Source: Yuukianura sp. NJ FZ-2021 | Lineage: Eukaryota | Assembly: GCA_046563655.1 (NCBI GenBank) | Contig: CM102283.1 | Location: forward strand, 3,348,001-3,412,000 | Direction: 5' to 3' | DNA: 64,000 nucleotides | Shown: positions 56,861 to 64,000 of the stretch, in pieces | Position numbering within the stretch: the first letter of the stretch is position 1 | How the letters are laid out: each line of letters starts with the position of its first letter | Notes under the pieces: generated by a model | What the model saw: the letters and a program-made list of their open reading frames with translations, nothing else | What the model was told of the DNA's origin: nothing | Database searches by the model: none | Position numbers and translations under genes: made by a program

Positions 56861-57352
56861 AAATAACTTTAAACGGACGACGATTTTACATTTTTTCCCG
56901 TTCGCAAATGAAATTGGATTGAAAAAAGTTTTTAAAAGAGAGTTGAAGTTTTGGGAGGTTCATTCTTCAGCACACATTTCGTAGAAGTAGAAATTAGAAT
57001 GTTAGAAGTTAGTCAAATTCAAAACCAATAAATGCAAATAATTTGCGAGACTGCCTCACAATCAAGCCAAGGGGGATTGAAGGGGGAGGATTATAGCACA
57101 GCTTTCTGAAACAGGTAGGTACAAAAATGGCTTGGATGTTTGCAAAAATATTTTGTAAAGAAAATGCCTGGAAATTTTGCTTCATGAGACAAAGCGTCTC
57201 CAGGCCTTCTCATTCCCTCTCTACTTCCACTGGAACCTCTACGGCAGTACTGTGTTTTCCATTGTGACCTTTGACCTCTTGTGATTAACTTTTGATTAAC
57301 CTCTTTTAATTGATTTGAACGCTAACCACTGCCCTGATCGTGAAGACGAATC

Positions 57353-58289
57353 ATGAATACTCCCAGCGGAAGTCCTACTCATAGTGATCATTTTAATTCT
57401 GCAGAGATTCCTACGTTCGCTGACCTTTGGACCGAGGGAAACTCACTGGGATTACCGGAAACGACGCCAGCACAGCCCACAAATCACGAAGCACAAAAAC
57501 CATCTTCCTCTCAATCTAAATCAATGACGACCACGGATAAGCTCAAGCGTCCCGCGGTAAACCAATTACAACCCATTCCAAATCCGCTAAAGCTTTACGG
57601 TAAATGAATGCAGTAATTTGATTGGGGGAAATTATTAACAGGCAACTGGAGAAGGGGAGACTGTACTAGCACGCAAGCGAGCCAAACTGCTAGCAACAAT
57701 CCAAGCAGCCACAAAGGAGTTGGCCGACTTGGACAAAACAACTGAACTCCATCCGGAGAATACCGAACAGGAATCGACTCCAACGACGTCGACAAAGCCG
57801 CAACCAACCCCAACTCCATCTACCTCGCAATCAACGAGTGCTGCAAGCCATGAGCCTCCCAAGGTAAACCAATTACAACTCAAATTCGGTTTGGCGCAAG
57901 TCTAGAAATGTGCGAAACCATTTTGAAACTGAAACTTTCGCTACTTGCATACCCCGGATAAACAGTTCATTCCACTTTTTTGATTTCAGACGGGTGGTAT
58001 AAGAGGAGGCCAAGATGAAGGACGAGTGAACGTAACTCAACAAAATCAGCTCATGCTCGCGGAGGCAAACGAGATGGAAGCCCAGCTGAAAAAAAAGATG
58101 CAGGAAGATTTCAATCAGTTCAAGAAAAAGATGGAGGAAGACTTCAACAAGGCCATCGCTGCATGGAAAGCTCAGTCGAAAGAAAAGTACGCAACCGAAA
58201 GGGATGAAATCGAACGCATGCGTAAGGCTGGGACTGAGATGGGGCAAGAAGATGCCAAAAATCCTCAAACTGACACAGCTCGTCAATAA
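57353..58289 (+). CDS. Orphan gene B; exons 57353-57556, 57642-57863, 57990-58289
   Basis: Three ORFs joined by phase-0 introns; last exon homologous to 62606-62896. Confidence 0.72.
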
Positions 58290-58727
58290 TACATGCCACA
58301 ATAATAAGCACTCCTATGCAAACTCAAACTTAGCGACGACATATCTATGGAATGATGACTGCATTAGAAAACCACATTGTGGACAAACGGACGAAGATAC
58401 GTTTGAGGCGCTAATTTACTTGAACGAAATTAACTTTGGTACTCAGTTCCTACAATTAATTTTTTTACTTACTACTACATCGACAGTGCTCGATGGATTT
58501 TCTAAAAATAACTTTTCAAAATAAACCGATTTGACATTTTTCCCATTGTTCAAATTAGAAATGGAATGAAAACAAATTTTTGAAAAGATGTAGAGACTGT
58601 TCAACTGCATTACAACGGTAAGCTGTATAATATTTATTAACAGTTAACTGCAATATTATGTTAGATTAATTGTACAATCAATTATGTAAATTGTCCAACT
58701 TAATTAAATTAGATTAATTTTGTATTT

Positions 58728-60119
58728 CTAGGCAAGTTTTCGATGTTCCGGTTTGTGAGTCGTTTCATAATCGGAGTGGACGAAAGCTCTTTCCACATTC
58801 GGCAGCGATTCGAGCTTGACTTGCAGCGATTCCGACAAGTCGTGACTCTCTTGCAGCGTCGTCTCTGGTGGCAACACAATATCAACTTCTACCACCACTT
58901 TTTCACCAGCATGGTAAGCTCTACAAGTATCCACTTGCAGTATCCTCTCATCATGCGTCATTGCAATATAAGTCACTTTCTTCAGAAAAGTTGGATCAGC
59001 ACATTTCCCAACAATCAGCCTCGCATGTTTCACTACCGCGCCAGTCCATGACCTCAGAATCACCAGAGCAATTATAATGGCTCCAACTGGATCCAGATAA
59101 GGATTGACCTTTGACCCCAATACTGCCAGTATCACGCCAGTACCATTGGCGAACAAGTCATTCCGGTGGTCCTGTGCCAGGATCCGAGCTGTTGGGTGAT
59201 CCAGTAGTCGGCAGTAGAGGAACAGCACTAATATCATGGTATTAGCACGCCATTGTTCCGAATGAAATGATCCGAAGTGAATTGCTCCGAAAGACAAGTT
59301 GTTCCAAAATTGAATAGCCTATTTTCGGAGCAATTTGCCGTTCGGATCAATTGGATTTGTAGTATTTCATTCGGAGCAATTCCATTCGGAGGAATTCATT
59401 CGGAACAATGGCATGGAACCTAGTTTCATAATCAGCGATCCAGCGACTAAACTCATGCTGACAAAGTCCAGCTCCGGACTTTCTGGAACTGTAGCCAGTG
59501 CCATGATGGCCTTGATGATGAGCATAAGTGACAAAGTTGACATGAGAGTGCCGAAGATGATGATTCCCACAGTTTCAAATCGGGCTTTTCCAGAAGGATA
59601 TCCATAGATTTCCGGTTTCTTTGCTAAGTAATTAGCTCCTACAAGAATCACTGAAGAGGTCAAGTCCATAAAAGCGTCAGCCATCGTGGCAAACAGCGCC
59701 AGCGATTGAGAAATGATCGCTGCAGTCAGCTGAAGGAAAAACAGGAGGATGTTGGCTGTGAGGGAGCCGTAAATGGCAATGTTCAGTTTCAGCGTTTGTC
59801 TTTTTTCAGCGTCAATGTGACGCTGATCCTCCAACGGAGCAAGTAACTCATCGATAATCGAATTTTGTGATTCGTAAAATTTTTCTAACTTCTTTTTTGA
59901 TTTGGTTTTAGGTAAGTTTTCCAAATCTTGTTTCGATTTCCTGCGAAGTTTTAGTCCAAGTGGATCCTCTGTTGAAGAAGAAGTTCCGCGTTCGATACTT
60001 TCAATACTGGAAGTTGTGGCGCGAAACCTCAAATTTCCGGCTTCCTGATTGGTCGATCGGATTTCAGTTCCACTCTCCGTAAAAGAGGGGTTGTCGTGAC
60101 CTTGACCTGTGAACGCCAT
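58728..60119 (-). CDS. Cation diffusion facilitator, Mn-CDF/MTP8-11 type; single intron 59419-59228
   Basis: SLALFATMADAFMD, YPSGKARFE, AQDHRND, LDPVGAIIIA, VEVDIVLP, HDLSESLQ, VERAFVHSDYE. Confidence 0.9.
59246..59415. mobile_element. MITE-like element filling the CDF intron
   Basis: Perfect 18-bp inverted repeat GCCATTGTTCCGAATGAA (59249-59266 and 59395-59412) with internal TCCGAA/TTCGGA subrepeats. Confidence 0.85.
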
Positions 60120-60711
60120 TGGACGAGCAAATGAAGCGAAATGTTGGTGTGAATCACTGTTGCAAGAAAGTACTGTTCCAGTACTTCCAAAATGTTGCTA
60201 AAACGTTGGTTACTGGATTTCGTTTGGGTTTCGTCGTGCTTTAGCACTTCTCGGTGGTATTACGTGCGGTACTACACGGATGCTGGTACGACTTTGCGTT
60301 TTAGTTGGAAGATTAGATCTGAACAGTTGAGTTTAGTTTCTGTGCAGATTAGTTTAAAAATGGAAGGTAATTGAGTTTTTAGCACTTCAAATTATCATGA
60401 GTGATCAACATGAAATGCCATACATGTGTTAAGTATTCAAAAATATTTAGTATATTTAAGCAATATTTAAGCAAACTCAACGTAAAAATCAACGTTAAGC
60501 AAAAATTTTTAACGTGCATGAAATTTTAGTATTTAAATTTTCATTTACGCCTCGAAAGCCAAAGAATCAAGAAGTCTTTTGCTTTGAAATGTTTCTGATT
60601 TTAAATTGTCAATTTTTTGAGTAGCATTTATTATAGTCTTGAAAAAAAAAAGTTTTTAGTTTTTTTTTCTATTGTGTGGAACTTGTTATTTTTGGTTTGG
60701 TATGGAAGTTC

Positions 60712-60790
60712 AGCCGGATTTTGAATTTAGTCGAACATGTTCACATTTTCAAAAGCCATAAACGAAAGTTTAGTCTTCGAAGGTTTTTGA
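60712..60790 (+). pseudogene. Short relic of the EcKinase 3' end
   Basis: cggattttgaatttagtcgaacat...agtcttcgaaggttttt matches 51035-51115. Confidence 0.7.
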
Positions 60791-61195
60791 AAGATATAAT
60801 TTTAGATTTTGACCTTCGTTTCCCATTGTCCTTGTCGTGGAATGCCTACCGTTTGCTAAGTAAAATATGGAAAGTCACAAGATTTTGAGTTCATTTGAAT
60901 TTGTCAATCTTCTGAGTTCATTTGGAGAAAAAAAAAGATTTGAAGATTGAAGTCAATCTTCGCAGAAATTTTGCATAAAACTCCTACAAGGGGAAGCTTC
61001 GCAGCACAACTTGCCAGAAACAGGTAACTAACATTTTTTTAATATGATTTTTGGTGCATTGAGGAAAATTGGAAATAGGAAATGAGTGTGTTGGAGAATA
61101 GTGACAAGAAAAGTCATATAGTTTAAGACACTGACCCTTCACTCTGACCTTGTCAGTCATCTATCGTTCTACTAAGTTGAACAGTTAAGTGTACC

Positions 61196-62896
61196 ATGTC
61201 CGACTCCGACAGTGACCTTCATACCCCAAGTCCCCCGACCATTGAAAACAGCGCCGCAGTAATCTCTGAATTGCCATCATTTGCAGATCTTACGGAACTT
61301 GACCTTCCGCAAAGAGAGGAGCCTGGACCTTCATCACAAATCCTGCTTGGCATGACGGCTGGAACCCCTCATCCTGGGGTAAAATAATAATAAAAAACCA
61401 ATCCAAACAATTTTTTGAAAAAATTGGTTTCAGTTGGAAAAATACTGAAATTATTATTTCGAAATTTGGAAAACAAGTCAAATCGTGATTTGTTGAGAAA
61501 GTGGGTGCAAGAATTTCAGAATTGTTAACTTCGTTCAAATAAATTTCAAAAGTAACGCGTCAAAAGTGTCTTTTCGTCCAAAATGTCGTGTTCCGATTGG
61601 CTGGTGGTCGAATCTCCCCGGGAGCAAAAAATTTTGAAAGTTGCTTCTCGTTTTTTTTAAGAAGCTTGAGATGGCATTGATTCCGAATCGGAATCGGTAG
61701 CCATCGGACTCGGTTCGTCTTCGTCTTCGGTATCGTTCGTACTTCCGAGTCCAAGGATTTCCTGGACTCGTGACAAGTACGAAAAGTCACGTGCGTTGGG
61801 CAAGCCACGCAGCACGCAGGCGGCAAGCGCGGAGCGATTCAAATTCATGTGTGCAGCGTCGATCCAGAGATTTTGGTTGCTGTCGTAGCACTCCACGTAC
61901 GGAATTGTCGTCGTACCATTGAAACCTAAAATTTTGAAAATTTTGAAATTCAAATTTTGAAAATTTCAATTTCCCGTGGTTTTTTACCGCCAATGACGAA
62001 GATCATGTCGTCCACAATTGCAGCAGCAAAGTTGCTTCTTGGACTTGACATGTCTGTGATGTACTCCCAGTCACGTGGTGTAGTCGGATCGTAGGTTTCG
62101 GCACTACTCAGGCGGGAAAACCCATTGAAACCTACCAAATTTTCGAAATTTTGAAAACTTTTGAAATTTTGAAAAATTTGGATTTTGAATTTACCGCCAA
62201 TTGAATAGAGCTTGTTCTTGTGAGCAGTGACGACGACGCCGCTTCGCGGGCTTTTCATTGGAAGAATAAAAGTCAGTTCGTTTTCGACTGGATCAAAAAA
62301 CGCTGTTCAAAATTCTCAAAACGAATCATTTGGAAATTCAAAATTTTGAGGTTTTTAATCTCACTTGAATCCGCCAGCCACATAGACTTTCAAATCGAAA
62401 TTCAGCGAAGTAAAATCAAAGCAAAAAAAATGGATTTGAAATGAAAACGTTCTTTCCCGCCTTTTTAATTTTTTTTAAAGTTGGTTTTGTGTTTGAAACT
62501 ACTGTATGTCTGTCCGTATGTCTGTCCGTATGTCTGTCTGTCTGCCATTTCGCTACTTACATACGCCGGTTACAACTGCTCATTCCACTTTGTTTTTGAT
62601 TTCAGACGAGCGGTTTAAGAGGAGGGCAAGCCGTAACTGGAAATCCGGAGGCCATGCTTGAAGAAGCGGATAGGAAGGAAGCCCAGTTGCAGAATAAGAT
62701 TCAAGAAGAGTTCGACAAGTTCATCGCAGAATGGAGACTTAAAATGGAACAAAAGTTCGCACAGGAGAGAGGCGAAATCGAACGGCTGAGAAATGTTGCG
62801 ACCGCAATGCTGGAAAAAGATGCCGAAAAAAGTGAAACAACGGAAACCGCTCAAAGTCCTCCGCCACAACAACTGCTGGATTCTGATTCCGATTAG
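61196..62896 (+). CDS. Orphan gene C; exons 61196-61378 and 62606-62896
   Basis: Phase-0 splice gives TSGLRGGQ...MLEEADRKEAQLQNKIQEEFDKFIAEW...ERGEIERLR, homologous to gene B. Confidence 0.72.
61435..62390 (-). pseudogene. Inverted partial copy of KLHL10 3' exons and 3' flank inside the gene C intron
   Basis: Matches 48880-49850 on the opposite strand, introns retained, 5'-truncated. Confidence 0.92.
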
Positions 62897-63554
62897 GAGA
62901 GCTTCCTTAAGTACCTAACTTCCTTTTTGCTTTTACTAAAACTGTGTACGTTAACTGCAATACCGTGATTAGTTAATTACTAATTAACTAATTATTGATT
63001 AATTGAACGTGCCATCATCTGTTGTTGTAAAATGTTAAAACGCCGTAACATTAGTCGGGTTGCCAAACATTGAGCAGGGCAGGAAGCTAACTCAATAGGA
63101 GAGAAATCAAATGCTAAGATTTTAATTAATTATTTAAGTTAATTAGTTAATTAACTTAGACTAATTAACTCATTATGCAAAATTGAACTTAACGACGACA
63201 GATCCACAGCGAATGACGACTTGAAGGCCTTGCTCTAAAAAAAACATGATCAATCTGACAGAGTTTAGAATTAAAAATTTAATTTTCTTCTAAGAAAGCT
63301 AATGAGCTACACTTCTTAACCCCTTTTACAATGCTTCTCAAAGCTAACTAATTAACTTCGTAACAAAATTTAAGTTATATAATTAAGATTTAAGTCGGAG
63401 TTAGACTCCATTCTCATTCCTTTCCCATGCCTTTTATGGGAATTAAAGGCTATATAGCCGTGAAAAATAATTAGTTGTAGTTTTTTTTTCTATTTTGTGG
63501 AACTTGTTAATTTTTGAATGATTTTTGGTGTGAAGTTGACGGACTTTGTGGAGT

Positions 63555-64000
63555 TTACTGTTTGTGGAAGTGAGTCGCCGTTTTGGCGCGTCCTGATGCC
63601 CGATTCGTTGGGATTGAAGTTGGAGAAGGAGTGCGAAAACGAGCTTGTGGAGCTGTGGACACACGACCTTGACCTTGACCTTGATGTTGACCTTGACCTT
63701 TGAGAGTTGCCACAACTTGAGGAGTGTCGCCTTCTTCAGCAGCTCCTTCTTGCCAGTAATGCTGACTGAGCGATGAGAGGTCAACGACGGAAGGCTCTCC
63801 GGAGCCAGAAGTCTCCAGTTCTTCCAGAAGAGCGTCCATTTCATCAACAGTGTATGGGATAGACGACATTGCCTACCAATTTCAAAAAAAAGTTCAAAAA
63901 TTTTTCCAATTTTTAAACTTTACTTTTTTATTTCAAAATTTTCGCTCACCCGTTTTTGGTACCCGGTACGTCCTGGATTGTAAGCTTCGCGTAGATGGCG
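63555..64000 (-). CDS. 3' end of an unidentified gene entering from beyond the window; exons 64000-63950 and 63872-63555
   Basis: Donor CGG|GTGAGC and acceptor TAG|GCAATG are in frame with the 63555-63869 ORF. Confidence 0.5.

Noticed and set aside
62504-62545. (TGTCTGTCCGTA)n microsatellite as a Helentron/DINE-like marker
   Set aside because: No accompanying subterminal repeats or hairpin could be identified by eye

Overview
Gene-dense, intron-rich, AT-rich eukaryotic (arthropod) DNA. The prophenoloxidase/hemocyanin gene, EcKinase, divergent IR and GR-like receptors and very short introns suggest a basal hexapod such as a springtail (inference). Recognisable genes: chitin deacetylase (partial), IFT52, CCDC25, Cys-type glutathione peroxidase, GTF3C2-like, PSMC4/Rpt3, a Dpy-30/DYDC-like protein, a GR-like receptor, a PPO-like gene, a GH31 alpha-glucosidase, an ionotropic receptor, EcKinase with KLHL10 nested in its first intron, DDX27, a divergent TBP paralogue and a Mn-type CDF transporter. 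The most unusual structure is a module present three times (about 5.4-8.4, 56.6-58.3 and 60.7-62.9 kb): a relic of the EcKinase last exon, a shared non-coding leader exon, then an orphan coiled-coil gene. In two of the three modules the orphan's intron holds antisense copies of KLHL10 3' exons. Also present: a CDF gene whose only intron is almost entirely a MITE, a 1.2 kb foldback element, a pogo relic and two tRNA-derived SINE copies. All exon boundaries and alignments were read by eye and may be off by a few bases.
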